Source: Escherichia coli
GTDB lineage: Bacteria; Pseudomonadota; Gammaproteobacteria; Enterobacterales; Enterobacteriaceae
Assembly (NCBI RefSeq): GCF_030013595.1
Contig: NZ_CP122768.1
Length of the DNA stretch: 64,000 nucleotides
Strand: one strand, 5' to 3'
Position 1 is the stretch's first letter. Every line of letters begins with the position of its first letter. This document shows positions 36,001 to 47,752 of this stretch, one piece after another. A program made the position numbers and the translations under genes. The notes under the pieces are model-generated. The model was not told the DNA's origin and ran no database searches. It saw nothing but the letters and a program-made list of their open reading frames with translations.

Positions 36001-36934
36001 GGGTTGCCAGTTCAGGCAGCGTTTCTTGCTCCGCAATATGAATACCCAGCGGCAAAACGTTGAGCACGGGTCCGGTAGCCGTCAGCGCCGCCGAGCCCAG
36101 TCGACGCATAAAGATAAATCCGGCGGCGTAGTCCATGCGATTGCACAATCGCCCCAGCCATAAGGCCGTCAGCGCAAGGGCTAAATCGGTACGCTGCACA
36201 CCTGAAAGTTGCGTAGCCAGCTGGCGGAATTCCCCGTCGGTAAATTCCAGTTTCAGGCGCAAAATATCTGCCGAAGCGCTGCGCCCCGGTAAAGGTGCCG
36301 GAGAAAGTGACGCGGGCGGCGGCAGTTGACGACGCTGTTCCGCCCAGAATGCCGCATCACGCTGCCAGGCTTCGCTTTCGCGGTATTGCTGGTACTCCTC
36401 CACTACATCAGCGAAAGGCGTAAACGGCGAAGCAGGCGTTGGTTCGCCACGCAGCCATGCGCAGTAAATATTGGCGATCTGGCGAGTAATGGCCGGGAAA
36501 CTGAAGCCATCGACCAGCAAATGGTGATAACGCTGATACCAGTACCAGCGGTTATCCGCCACCTGATTGAGCTGATGAAAGACCAGCGGTTTGCCGCTGT
36601 CGGCACGTAGATTTTGCTGTAAATCCGCCTGCATTAATGCCTGCGCAGTACCGTGCGGATCAATGTTGGTTCGCAGGTCGATAATTTCTGGTAGTTCAAA
36701 CGTCAGCGCATCATCGACCCATTGCCAGACTTCGCCGTTATCTTCCGTAAAACGCATCCGCAGCGTATCTGCTTGCGCTAATCCGGCAACCACCGCGCGG
36801 GCCAGTAATGGCGCATCAACCTCTCCGGTTAACTCAACGTAATGCGCCACGCTCCAGGCGGAGGGTAAATCCGACAGTTTTTCTGCCATCCAGATGCCGG
36901 GCTGTGCGGCGACCAATGGTAAATGCTGGCTCAT
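33053..36934 (-). CDS. entF: Enterobactin synthase component F (NRPS: C-A-PCP-TE, serine-activating)
   Basis: ORF 33053-37072; start at MSQHLPLVAAQPGIWMAEK... gives 1293 aa; adenylation (FTSGSTGRPKG), PCP (GGHSLLAMK) and thioesterase (GYSLGG) motifs. Confidence 0.9.
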   Translation of the reverse strand: MSQHLPLVAAQPGIWMAEKLSDLPSAWSVAHYVELTGEVDAPLLARAVVAGLAQADTLRMRFTEDNGEVWQWVDDALTFELPEIIDLRTNIDPHGTAQALMQADLQQNLRADSGKPLVFHQLNQVADNRWYWYQRYHHLLVDGFSFPAITRQIANIYCAWLRGEPTPASPFTPFADVVEEYQQYRESEAWQRDAAFWAEQRRQLPPPASLSPAPLPGRSASADILRLKLEFTDGEFRQLATQLSGVQRTDLALALTALWLGRLCNRMDYAAGFIFMRRLGSAALTATGPVLNVLPLGIHIAEQETLPELATRLAAQLKKMRRHQRYDAEQIVRDSGRAAGEEPLFGPVLNIKVFDYQLDIPGVQTQTHTLATGPVNDLELALFPDEHGDLSIEILANKQRYDEPTLIQHAERLKMLIAQFAADPALLCGDVDIMLPGEYVQLAQINATQVEIPETTLSALVAEQAAKTPDAPALADARYLFSYREMREQVVALANLLRERGVKPGDSVAVALPRSVFLTLALHAIVETGAAWLPLDTGYPDDRLKMMLEDARPSLLITTDDQLPRFADVPDLTSLCYNAPLTPQGSAPLQLSQPHHTAYIIFTSGSTGRPKGVMVGQTAIVNRLLWMQNHYPLTGDDIVAQKTPCSFDVSVWEFFWPFIAGAKLVMAEPEAHRDPLAMQQFFAEYGVTTTHFVPSMLAAFVAPLTPQTARQNCATLKQVFCSGEALPADLCREWQQLTSVPLHNLYGPTEAAVDVSWYPAFGEELAQVRGSSVPIGYPVWNTGLRILDAMMHPVPPGVAGDLYLTGIQLAQGYLGRPDLTASRFIADPFAPGERMYRTGDVARWLDNGAVEYLGRSDDQLKIRGQRIELGEIDRVMQALPDVEQAVTHACVINQAAATGGDARQLVGYLVSQSGLPLDTTALQAQLRETLPPHMVPVVLLQLPQLPLSANGKLDRKALPLPELKAQAPGRTPKAGSETIIAAAFSSLLGCDVQDADADFFALGGHSLLAMKLAAQLSRQFARQVTPGQVMVASTVAKLATIIDGEEDSSRRMGFETILPLREGNGPTLFCFHPASGFAWQFSVLSRYLDPQWSIIGIQSPRPSGPMQTAANLDEVCEAHLATLLEQQPHGPYYLLGYSLGGTLAQGIAARLRARGEQVAFLGLLDTWPPETQNWQEKEANGLDPEVLAEINREREAFLAAQQGSTSTELFTTIEGNYADAVRLLTTAHSVPFDGKATLFVAERTLQQGMSPERAWSPWIAELDIYRQDCAHVDIISPGAFEKIGPIIRATLNR

Positions 36935-37149
36935 TGCGCCTCCTGCAACTGGGTGAAATTCGACGGTGTCAGAGTACGCCAGTGGGCTTCCAGCCACTGC
37001 TGGCAGGACGCCTGTGACTGCGGCTGACACACAACGTCCCAGCCTGCCGGTAAGGCGCATTGTTGCGGCCACAGACTGAATTGCCCCTGCGCATTGCGCA
37101 AAATGTAAAACGCTCCCTGCGGATCATCGAAGGGATTACTGAATGCCAT
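36931..37149 (-). CDS. ybdZ: MbtH-like protein
   Basis: ORF 36931-37155; start at MAFSNPFDDPQGAFYILRN... gives 72 aa with conserved Trp residues; overlaps the entF start. Confidence 0.85.
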   Translation of the reverse strand: MAFSNPFDDPQGAFYILRNAQGQFSLWPQQCALPAGWDVVCQPQSQASCQQWLEAHWRTLTPSNFTQLQEAQ

Positions 37150-37151
37150 AT

Positions 37152-38354
37152 TCAACTCCTGTCATGGAAAAGTGGTTGCCAGAGGTCGATTAGCCCCTGC
37201 ATCAAGCCACCGCGCCAACAAAGCGCATCATGTCCGCCGTCAACCTGACGCCAGAAAATGGATTCTTTTATAGGGTGTAATTGCGCATACAGCGCCTGAT
37301 TGGCCCGCATGATCATCGGCTCGCGAATACCCGCTTCCAGCACAATGCGCAGACCTTCGGCGCTAACTTCACCAGTTTTTAGCTGTTCAAGTAACACGCC
37401 CTCTTGCTGCCCGCCCCGATGCGGCCACCAGTATGATCCTGACTGGCTTAATACACAGCCAAAGCGTTCAGGCCAGTTTAGTCCGGCATACAGCGCGGAA
37501 AGCCCACCAAAACTCTGCCCGGCGACCACGGTGCGATCGGCGCGATCGCTAAAAGGGGCAATAGCTTTCACCAGGGGTAATAACTCTTGCTGTACTGCCA
37601 GCCAGAAATCCGCATTACACGGCAGTTCGTAAGCGCGGTGCGTGGTGTCGATAGCGTCGATCAACACATACACGGCGGGAGGAAGTTGCCGACGATGGGT
37701 CAACGAAGTCAGCACAGGCCAGACGGGCATACTCTGCGCCCAAAATTCACCATCAAGCAAAACTGCCAGCGGGCGTTCTTCTGCTGTTGCATCGCCGGTG
37801 GTAAAAATCCATACACGGCGTGAATTTTTCAACCGTTCACTTTTCCAGATAATTTCTTTGGCAGGCGTTTCTGGCGCTTGCGGACAATCCCATCCCGGTT
37901 GCAGAGGCGCTTGCGGCATTTCGAGTGCAGAAACAGCGTGCCCTCGCCCGCCTTTCCAGCTTTGTGGATTCAGCGGATCGGCTATCGCCTGGGGTAATAG
38001 TTTTCGCCAGCCTTCACGTAATTCGAGGCGATCGGGGGATGGTGCAGAAAAAATGTCATCGCGTTCGGTGGGAATAAAGCAGTAGCTGCCGCGCCAGTTG
38101 GCATTGAGCTGTGTCGTCCACTGCCAGACGTTGGTGCCTGCAATTCGCTGCATCGACTGGGGCTGGCTGTTCTGATGGTGATCGGTCACACCAGTGATGT
38201 AGACCCATACGCGCTTTATCGTCGAGTATTCTTCAGAACCTTGGGGATCACGCCACCAGAAAGTAACCTCAAACATTTCGTCATTCAGACGCTGCCATTC
38301 CGGGCCATGTTTCGACTGCCACCAGCTCTCACTTCCTACTTTTAACGCCGTCAC
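37152..38354 (-). CDS. fes: Enterochelin (ferric enterobactin) esterase
   Basis: 400-aa ORF MTALKVGSESWWQSKHGPEWQRL... with esterase GQSFGG motif. Confidence 0.9.
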   Translation of the reverse strand: MTALKVGSESWWQSKHGPEWQRLNDEMFEVTFWWRDPQGSEEYSTIKRVWVYITGVTDHHQNSQPQSMQRIAGTNVWQWTTQLNANWRGSYCFIPTERDDIFSAPSPDRLELREGWRKLLPQAIADPLNPQSWKGGRGHAVSALEMPQAPLQPGWDCPQAPETPAKEIIWKSERLKNSRRVWIFTTGDATAEERPLAVLLDGEFWAQSMPVWPVLTSLTHRRQLPPAVYVLIDAIDTTHRAYELPCNADFWLAVQQELLPLVKAIAPFSDRADRTVVAGQSFGGLSALYAGLNWPERFGCVLSQSGSYWWPHRGGQQEGVLLEQLKTGEVSAEGLRIVLEAGIREPMIMRANQALYAQLHPIKESIFWRQVDGGHDALCWRGGLMQGLIDLWQPLFHDRS

Positions 38355-38406
38355 ACCATAACCCCATGTTTACTGTGCAATTTTTCATTGATTGCAGAAA
38401 TATATT

Positions 38407-38440
38407 GATAATATTATTGATAACTATTTGCATTTGCAAT
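38407..38440. promoter_or_regulatory. Fur box(es) in the divergent fes / fepA promoter region
   Basis: gataatattattgataactatttgcatttgc. Confidence 0.7.
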
Positions 38441-38596
38441 AGCGTAATGGCGCGCCGTGGGAAGCGCGGACATTAATTAACCAACTGCACTGAGTGTCTT
38501 TCAGGATCAAAGGTTTTCGCGGTAGCGGGATGCGTCGTGTTGATGACGACCATGCCCGACAGTTGCAATTCGTGGCAAAAATGCAGGAATAAAACA

Positions 38597-40837
38597 ATGA
38601 ACAAGAAGATTCATTCCCTGGCCTTGTTGGTCAATCTGGGGATTTATGGGGTAGCACAGGCACAAGAGCCAACCGATACTCCTGTTTCACATGACGATAC
38701 CATTGTCGTTACCGCCGCCGAGCAGAACTTGCAGGCGCCTGGCGTTTCGACCATCACCGCAGATGAAATCCGCAAAAACCCGGTTGCCCGCGATGTGTCG
38801 GAGATCATCCGTACCATGCCAGGCGTTAACCTGATCGGTAACTCCACCAGTGGTCAGCGTGGGAATAACCGACAGATTGATATTCGCGGCATGGGTCCGG
38901 AAAACACGCTGATTTTGATTGACGGCAAGCCGGTAAGCAGCCGTAACTCGGTGCGTCAGGGCTGGCGTGGCGAGCGCGATACCCGTGGTGATACCTCCTG
39001 GGTGCCACCTGAAATGATTGAACGTATTGAAGTTCTGCGTGGTCCGGCGGCTGCGCGTTATGGCAACGGCGCGGCGGGCGGCGTGGTTAACATCATTACC
39101 AAAAAAGGCAGTGGTGAGTGGCACGGCTCCTGGGACGCATATTTCAATGCGCCAGAACATAAAGAGGAAGGTGCCACCAAACGCACTAACTTTAGCCTCA
39201 CCGGTCCGCTGGGCGACGAATTCAGCTTTCGCTTGTATGGCAACCTCGACAAAACTCAGGCTGACGCGTGGGATATCAACCAGGGCCATCAGTCCGCGCG
39301 TGCCGGAACCTATGCCACGACGTTACCAGCCGGGCGCGAAGGGGTGATCAATAAAGATATTAACGGCGTGGTGCGCTGGGACTTCGCACCATTGCAATCG
39401 CTGGAACTGGAAGCGGGTTACAGCCGCCAGGGTAACCTGTATGCGGGCGATACCCAGAACACCAACTCTGACGCTTACACTCGCTCGAAATATGGCGATG
39501 AAACCAACCGTCTGTATCGCCAGAACTACTCGCTGACATGGAACGGCGGCTGGGATAACGGCGTGACCACCAGCAACTGGGTGCAGTACGAACATACCCG
39601 TAACTCGCGTATTCCGGAAGGTCTGGCGGGCGGCACAGAAGGGAAATTTAACGAAAAAGCGACACAGGATTTCGTCGATATCGATCTCGATGACGTGATG
39701 CTGCACAGCGAAGTTAACCTGCCGATTGATTTCCTCGTTAACCAGACGCTGACGCTGGGTACGGAGTGGAATCAGCAGCGGATGAAGGACTTGAGTTCCA
39801 ACACCCAGGCGCTCACCGGGACGAATACCGGCGGCGCTATTGATGGCGTGAGTGCGACAGACCGTAGCCCATATTCAAAAGCAGAAATTTTCTCGCTGTT
39901 TGCCGAAAACAATATGGAGCTGACTGACAGCACCATCGTAACGCCGGGGCTGCGTTTCGATCATCACAGCATTGTTGGCAATAACTGGAGTCCGGCTCTA
40001 AACATATCGCAAGGTTTAGGCGATGACTTCACGCTGAAAATGGGCATTGCCCGTGCTTATAAAGCGCCGAGTCTGTACCAGACTAACCCAAACTACATTC
40101 TCTACAGTAAAGGTCAGGGCTGCTATGCCAGCGCGGGCGGCTGCTATCTGCAAGGTAATGATGACCTGAAAGCGGAAACCAGCATCAACAAAGAGATTGG
40201 TCTGGAGTTCAAACGCGACGGCTGGCTGGCGGGCGTCACCTGGTTCCGTAACGATTATCGCAATAAGATTGAAGCGGGCTATGTGGCTGTAGGGCAAAAC
40301 GCAGTCGGCACCGATCTCTATCAGTGGGATAACGTACCGAAAGCGGTGGTTGAAGGTCTGGAAGGATCGTTAAACGTACCGGTTAGCGAAACGGTGATGT
40401 GGACCAATAACATCACTTATATGCTGAAGAGTGAAAACAAAACCACGGGCGACCGTTTGTCGATCATCCCGGAGTATACGTTGAACTCAACGCTGAGCTG
40501 GCAGGCACGGGAAGATTTGTCGATGCAAACGACCTTCACCTGGTACGGCAAGCAGCAGCCGAAGAAGTACAACTATAAAGGTCAGCCAGCGGTTGGACCG
40601 GAAACCAAAGAAATCAGCCCGTACAGCATTGTTGGCCTGAGCGCGACCTGGGATGTAACGAAGAATGTCAGTCTGACCGGCGGCGTGGACAACCTGTTCG
40701 ACAAACGTTTGTGGCGTGCGGGTAATGCCCAGACCACAGGCGATCTGGCAGGAGCCAACTATATCGCCGGTGCCGGGGCATATACCTATAACGAGCCGGG
40801 ACGTACGTGGTATATGAGCATTAATACTCACTTCTGA
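38597..40837 (+). CDS. fepA: TonB-dependent ferric enterobactin outer membrane receptor
   Basis: ORF 38537-40837; start at MNKKIHSLALLVNLGIYGVAQA gives 746 aa; TonB box DTIVVTA; C-terminal aromatic residue. Confidence 0.9.
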   Translation: MNKKIHSLALLVNLGIYGVAQAQEPTDTPVSHDDTIVVTAAEQNLQAPGVSTITADEIRKNPVARDVSEIIRTMPGVNLIGNSTSGQRGNNRQIDIRGMGPENTLILIDGKPVSSRNSVRQGWRGERDTRGDTSWVPPEMIERIEVLRGPAAARYGNGAAGGVVNIITKKGSGEWHGSWDAYFNAPEHKEEGATKRTNFSLTGPLGDEFSFRLYGNLDKTQADAWDINQGHQSARAGTYATTLPAGREGVINKDINGVVRWDFAPLQSLELEAGYSRQGNLYAGDTQNTNSDAYTRSKYGDETNRLYRQNYSLTWNGGWDNGVTTSNWVQYEHTRNSRIPEGLAGGTEGKFNEKATQDFVDIDLDDVMLHSEVNLPIDFLVNQTLTLGTEWNQQRMKDLSSNTQALTGTNTGGAIDGVSATDRSPYSKAEIFSLFAENNMELTDSTIVTPGLRFDHHSIVGNNWSPALNISQGLGDDFTLKMGIARAYKAPSLYQTNPNYILYSKGQGCYASAGGCYLQGNDDLKAETSINKEIGLEFKRDGWLAGVTWFRNDYRNKIEAGYVAVGQNAVGTDLYQWDNVPKAVVEGLEGSLNVPVSETVMWTNNITYMLKSENKTTGDRLSIIPEYTLNSTLSWQAREDLSMQTTFTWYGKQQPKKYNYKGQPAVGPETKEISPYSIVGLSATWDVTKNVSLTGGVDNLFDKRLWRAGNAQTTGDLAGANYIAGAGAYTYNEPGRTWYMSINTHF

Positions 40838-40875
40838 TGCTAACGTCAGATTGTTGACAAAGTGCGCGTAGTTCA

Positions 40876-40975
40876 TGCCGGATGCGGCGTGAACGCCTTA
40901 TCCGGCCTACAAAAATCTTGCCAATTCAATATATTGCAGGACCACGTAGGCCTGATAAGCGTAGCGCATCAGGCA
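40876..40975. repeat. REP / BIME-like palindromic units between fepA and entD
   Basis: gccggatgcggcgtgaacgccttatccggcctac, then an inverted partner gtaggcctgataagcgtagcgcatcaggc. Confidence 0.7.
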
Positions 40976-41011
40976 GTTTTGCGTTTGTCATCAGTCTCTA
41001 ATATGGTCGAC

Positions 41012-41632
41012 ATGAAAACTACGCATACCGCCCTCCCCTTTGCCGGAAATACGCTGCATTTTGTTAAGTTCGATCCGGCGAGTTTTCGCGAGCAGGATTT
41101 ACTCTGGCTGCCACACTACGCACAACTGCAACACGCTGGACGTAAACGTAAAACAGAGCATTTAGCTGGACGAATCGCTGCTGTTTATGCCTTGCGGGAA
41201 TATGGCTATAAATATGTGCCCGCTATCGGCGAGCTACGCCAACCTGTGTGGCCTGCGGAGGTATACGGCAGTATTAGCCACTGCGGGACTACGGCATTAG
41301 CCGTGGTATCTCGTCAACCGATTGGCATTGATATCGAAGAGATTTTCTCTGTACAAACCGCAAGAGAATTGACAGACAACATTATTACACCAGCAGAACA
41401 CGAGCGACTCGCAGAATGCGGTTTAACCTTTTCTCTGGCGCTAACACTGGCATTTTCCGCCAAAGAGAGCGCATTTAAGGCAAGCAAGATACAGGCCGCT
41501 CAAGGTTTTCTGGATTATCAGATAATTAGCTGGAATAAACAGCAGATCATCATTCGACTAGAGGATGAGCAGTTTGCTGTGCACTGGCAGATAAAAGAAA
41601 AAATAGTCATAACGCTGTGCCAACACGATTAA
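41012..41632 (+). CDS. entD: Enterobactin synthase phosphopantetheinyl transferase
   Basis: Within ORF 40862-41632; start at MKTTHTALPFAGNTLHF... gives 206 aa. Confidence 0.85.
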   Translation: MKTTHTALPFAGNTLHFVKFDPASFREQDLLWLPHYAQLQHAGRKRKTEHLAGRIAAVYALREYGYKYVPAIGELRQPVWPAEVYGSISHCGTTALAVVSRQPIGIDIEEIFSVQTARELTDNIITPAEHERLAECGLTFSLALTLAFSAKESAFKASKIQAAQGFLDYQIISWNKQQIIIRLEDEQFAVHWQIKEKIVITLCQHD

Positions 41633-41742
41633 TTGACAACATCTGGTACGATTCGCCCGCAGCCATTGCTGACCGCGGGCGAAAGTGTAAAACAGGTGCC
41701 TTACCACCCTGACCTGACAACCGGATATGCGGGGATTACTCC

Positions 41743-43080
41743 CATAAGCGCTAACTTAAGGGTTGTGGTATTACGCCTGATATGATTTAACGTGCCGATG
41801 AATTACTCTCACGATAACTGGTCAGCAATTCTGGCCCATATTGGTAAGCCCGAAGAACTGGATACTTCGGCACGTAATGCCGGGGCTCTAACCCGCCGCC
41901 GCGAAATTCGTGATGCTGCAACTCTGCTACGTCTGGGGCTGGCTTACGGCCCCGGGGGGATGTCATTACGTGAAGTCACTGCATGGGCTCAGCTCCATGA
42001 CGTTGCAACATTATCTGACGTGGCTCTCCTGAAGCGGCTGCGGAATGCCGCCGACTGGTTTGGCATACTTGCCGCACAAACACTTGCTGTACGCGCCGCA
42101 GTTACGGGTTGTACAAGCGGAAAGAGATTGCGTCTTGTCGATGGAACAGCAATCAGTGCGCCCGGGGGCGGCAGCGCTGAATGGCGACTACATATGGGAT
42201 ATGATCCTCATACCTGTCAGTTCACTGATTTTGAGCTAACCGACAGCAGAGACGCTGAACGGCTGGACCGATTTGCGCAAACGGCAGACGAGATACGCAT
42301 TGCTGACCGGGGATTCGGTTCGCGTCCCGAATGTATCCGCTCACTTGCTTTTGGAGAAGCTGATTATATCGTCCGGGTTCACTGGCGAGGATTGCGCTGG
42401 TTAACTGCAGAAGGAATGCGCTTTGACATGATGGGTTTTCTGCGCGGGCTGGATTGCGGTAAGAACGGTGAAACCACTGTAATGATAGGCAATTCAGGTA
42501 ATAAAAAAGCCGGAGCTCCCTTTCCGGCACGTCTCATTGCCGTATCACTTCCTCCCGAAAAAGCATTAATCAGTAAAACCCGACTGCTCAGCGAGAATCG
42601 TCGAAAAGGACGAGTAGTTCAGGCGGAAACGCTGGAAGCAGCGGGCCATGTGCTATTGCTAACATCATTACCGGAAGATGAATATTCAGCAGAGCAAGTG
42701 GCTGATTGTTACCGTCTGCGATGGCAAATTGAACTGGCTTTTAAGCGGCTCAAAAGTTTGCTGCACCTGGATGCTTTGCGTGCAAAGGAACCTGAACTCG
42801 CGAAAGCGTGGATATTTGCTAATCTACTCGCCGCATTTTTAATTGACGACATAATCCAGCCATCGCTGGATTTCCCCCCAGAAGTGCCGGATCCGAAAAG
42901 AAGAACTAACTCGTTGTGGAGAATAACAAAAATGGTCATCTGGAGCTTACAGGTGGCCATTCGTGGGACAGTATCCCTGACAGCCTACAAAACGCAATTG
43001 AAGAACGCGAGGCATCGTCTTAACGAGGCACCGAGGCGTCGCATTCTTCAGATGGTTCAACCCTTAAGTTAGCGCTTATG
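41743..43080 (+). mobile_element. IS186 insertion sequence (IS4 family), complete, 1338 bp
   Basis: 23-bp terminal inverted repeats cataagcgctaacttaagggttg (41743-41765) and caacccttaagttagcgcttatg (43058-43080); identical 10-bp direct repeats ggattactcc at 41733-41742 and 43081-43090. Confidence 0.9.
41960..43072 (+). CDS. insL: IS186 transposase (DDE)
   Basis: ORF 41792-43072; start placed at MSLREVTAWAQL... to give the ~370 aa I recall for InsL; start uncertain. Confidence 0.75.
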   Translation: MSLREVTAWAQLHDVATLSDVALLKRLRNAADWFGILAAQTLAVRAAVTGCTSGKRLRLVDGTAISAPGGGSAEWRLHMGYDPHTCQFTDFELTDSRDAERLDRFAQTADEIRIADRGFGSRPECIRSLAFGEADYIVRVHWRGLRWLTAEGMRFDMMGFLRGLDCGKNGETTVMIGNSGNKKAGAPFPARLIAVSLPPEKALISKTRLLSENRRKGRVVQAETLEAAGHVLLLTSLPEDEYSAEQVADCYRLRWQIELAFKRLKSLLHLDALRAKEPELAKAWIFANLLAAFLIDDIIQPSLDFPPEVPDPKRRTNSLWRITKMVIWSLQVAIRGTVSLTAYKTQLKNARHRLNEAPRRRILQMVQPLS

Positions 43081-43101
43081 GGATTACTCCCCGCACAACG
43101 G

Positions 43102-43254
43102 CTACTTCTTCGGTTCGTAAGCGAGAACAGCCTTAAACTCAATATTACGTTCCTTCACCGTAAACTCACACAGCGAGTCTCCGACCAGAAGCGTAAATCC
43201 CAGTACCGTCAAACACAGCACTATGACTGCCACAAGGGCATATTTCGTCAGCAT
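43102..43254 (-). CDS. hokE: Hok-family small toxic membrane peptide (type I toxin)
   Basis: Minus-strand 50-codon [53 protein letters not shown], typical Hok; stop codon lies 21 bp from the IS186 target duplication. Confidence 0.85.
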   Translation of the reverse strand: MLTKYALVAVIVLCLTVLGFTLLVGDSLCEFTVKERNIEFKAVLAYEPKK

Positions 43255-43680
43255 GTTTATATTGCCTCCATGCGAAGAAGGGACTACCATCCAAATTGTC
43301 TGGTTTGGAGTGGCAGCCCCAGGGTTGATAGAAATATCTCCTGGGGCTTCATCTTTCCAGACCTCAGAGTAAACCTGAAACCGGAAAGCTTCAGGCACCC
43401 GCCGTTATCTTACCCTTCCTCAGCAAAATAGCTGTTTATTTATACAGTGAGTCCTGTTTCGGACTTCTCACTCCTCATTTGATCAACTGAAGCTGAACCC
43501 GTTTTTTTCTGCATGCCTCAATCGTCAAAATTCTTCGCCACCAGCCAGCTCTGCCATAACTTGTCACATTGCAGAAGTAGCCAAACTTCTTCAGTCACAA
43601 TCAGTTCACCATCACCAAAAAAAGAAACATTCCAGAACTTCCGCATCTCGCCCAGTCGCTCCCACTTCTATACTGAATAG

Positions 43681-44823
<1,143 letters not shown>

Positions 44824-44888
44824 GTCGGGAATTGCCTTACAGAAGAATATCCCTGACAATGGTGTTTTAACTTACATTTAACAATGTT

Positions 44889-45137
44889 ATGAAACACCCT
44901 TTAGAAACCTTGACCACCGCAGCAGGCATTTTGCTGATGGCTTTCCTCTCTTGCCTGCTGCTTCCCGCCCCCGCATTGGGGCTGACGCTGGCACAAAAAC
45001 TGGTGACCACGTTCCATCTGATGGATCTTAGCCAGCTTTACACTTTATTGTTTTGTCTGTGGTTTTTAGTGCTGGGCGCTATTGAGTATTTTGTTCTGCG
45101 CTTTATCTGGCGACGCTGGTTCTCGCTGGCGGATTAA
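44889..45137 (+). CDS. ybdJ: Small inner membrane protein (DUF1158)
   Basis: 82-aa hydrophobic ORF. Confidence 0.7.
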   Translation: MKHPLETLTTAAGILLMAFLSCLLLPAPALGLTLAQKLVTTFHLMDLSQLYTLLFCLWFLVLGAIEYFVLRFIWRRWFSLAD

Positions 45138-45201
45138 ACGTCGATTATCGCCGAACTTCGCGGCATACTTTGCTTATTCTCCTTCGCCTAAAGGAACGTT
45201 T

Positions 45202-45585
45202 ATGGATAAGCAATCACTGCACGAAACGGCGAAACGCCTGGCCCTTGAGTTACCCTTTGTCGAGCTTTGCTGGCCTTTTGGCCCGGAGTTCGATGTTTTT
45301 AAAATTGGCGGCAAGATTTTTATGCTGTCGTCGGAGCTGCGCGGCGTCCCCTTTATCAATCTGAAGTCCGATCCACAAAAATCCCTGCTAAATCAGCAAA
45401 TATACCCAAGCATCAAGCCAGGGTATCACATGAATAAAAAGCACTGGATTTCGGTGTATCCCGGCGAGGAAATCTCCGAAGCGTTACTTCGCGATCTGAT
45501 CAACGATTCGTGGAATCTGGTGGTTGATGGTCTGGCTAAACGCGATCAAAAACGACTGCGTCCTTACTCAACCGTAAATCAATAG
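45202..45585 (+). CDS. ybdF: Conserved protein of unknown function
   Basis: In ORF 45082-45585; start placed at [19 protein letters not shown]...; exact start uncertain. Confidence 0.65.
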   Translation: MDKQSLHETAKRLALELPFVELCWPFGPEFDVFKIGGKIFMLSSELRGVPFINLKSDPQKSLLNQQIYPSIKPGYHMNKKHWISVYPGEEISEALLRDLINDSWNLVVDGLAKRDQKRLRPYSTVNQ

Positions 45586-45663
45586 CGCATTTTTCTCGCT
45601 TACCATTTCATCTCGATCCTTGTAATCTGCTGGCACGCAAAATTACTTTCACATGGAGTCTTT

Positions 45664-46317
45664 ATGGATATCATTTCTGTCGCCTTAAAGCGTCATTCCA
45701 CTAAGGCATTTGATGCCAGCAAAAAACTAACCCCGGAACAGGCCGAGCAGATCAAAACTCTCCTGCAATACAGCCCATCCAGCACCAACTCCCAGCCGTG
45801 GCATTTTATTGTTGCCAGCACGGAAGAAGGTAAAGCGCGTGTTGCCAAATCCGCTGCCGGTAATTACGTGTTCAACGAGCGTAAAATGCTTGATGCCTCG
45901 CACGTTGTGGTGTTCTGTGCAAAAACCGCGATGGACGATGCCTGGCTGAAGCTGGTTGTTGACCAGGAAGATGCCGATGGCCGCTTTGCCACGCCGGAAG
46001 CGAAAGCCGCGAACGATAAAGGTCGCAAGTTCTTCGCCGATATGCACCGTAAAGATCTGCATGATGATGCAGAGTGGATGGCAAAACAGGTTTATCTCAA
46101 CGTCGGCAACTTCCTGCTCGGCGTGGCGGCGCTGGGTCTGGACGCGGTACCCATCGAAGGTTTTGACGCCGCAATCCTCGATGCAGAATTTGGTCTGAAA
46201 GAGAAAGGCTACACCAGTCTGGTAGTTGTTCCGGTGGGTCATCACAGCGTTGAAGATTTTAACGCTACGCTGCCGAAATCTCGTCTGCCGCAAAACATCA
46301 CCTTAACCGAAGTGTAA
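45664..46317 (+). CDS. nfsB: Oxygen-insensitive NAD(P)H nitroreductase
   Basis: 217-aa [56 protein letters not shown]... Confidence 0.95.
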   Translation: MDIISVALKRHSTKAFDASKKLTPEQAEQIKTLLQYSPSSTNSQPWHFIVASTEEGKARVAKSAAGNYVFNERKMLDASHVVVFCAKTAMDDAWLKLVVDQEDADGRFATPEAKAANDKGRKFFADMHRKDLHDDAEWMAKQVYLNVGNFLLGVAALGLDAVPIEGFDAAILDAEFGLKEKGYTSLVVVPVGHHSVEDFNATLPKSRLPQNITLTEV

Positions 46318-46376
46318 TTCTCTCTTGCCGGGCATCTGCCCGGCTATTTCCCCTCAGATTCTCCTGATTTGCATAA

Positions 46377-47672
<1,296 letters not shown>

Positions 47673-47673
47673 T

Positions 47674-47712
47674 TAAAAAAACCGCTCTTATCGAATGGAT
47701 GAGAGCGGTTTC
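47674..47712. terminator. Bidirectional rho-independent terminator between convergent ybdG and pheP
   Basis: A-run, hairpin accgctct / agagcggt, then T-run. Confidence 0.7.
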
Positions 47713-47752
47713 GGATGGTTGACATCATTTTGTCGGATACGGCGTGAATGCC

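Noticed and set aside
33262-36842. Multiple 60-190-aa ORFs on both strands within entF
   Set aside because: All lie inside the 1293-aa NRPS gene, whose motifs are in the expected order; alternative frames lack any recognisable features.
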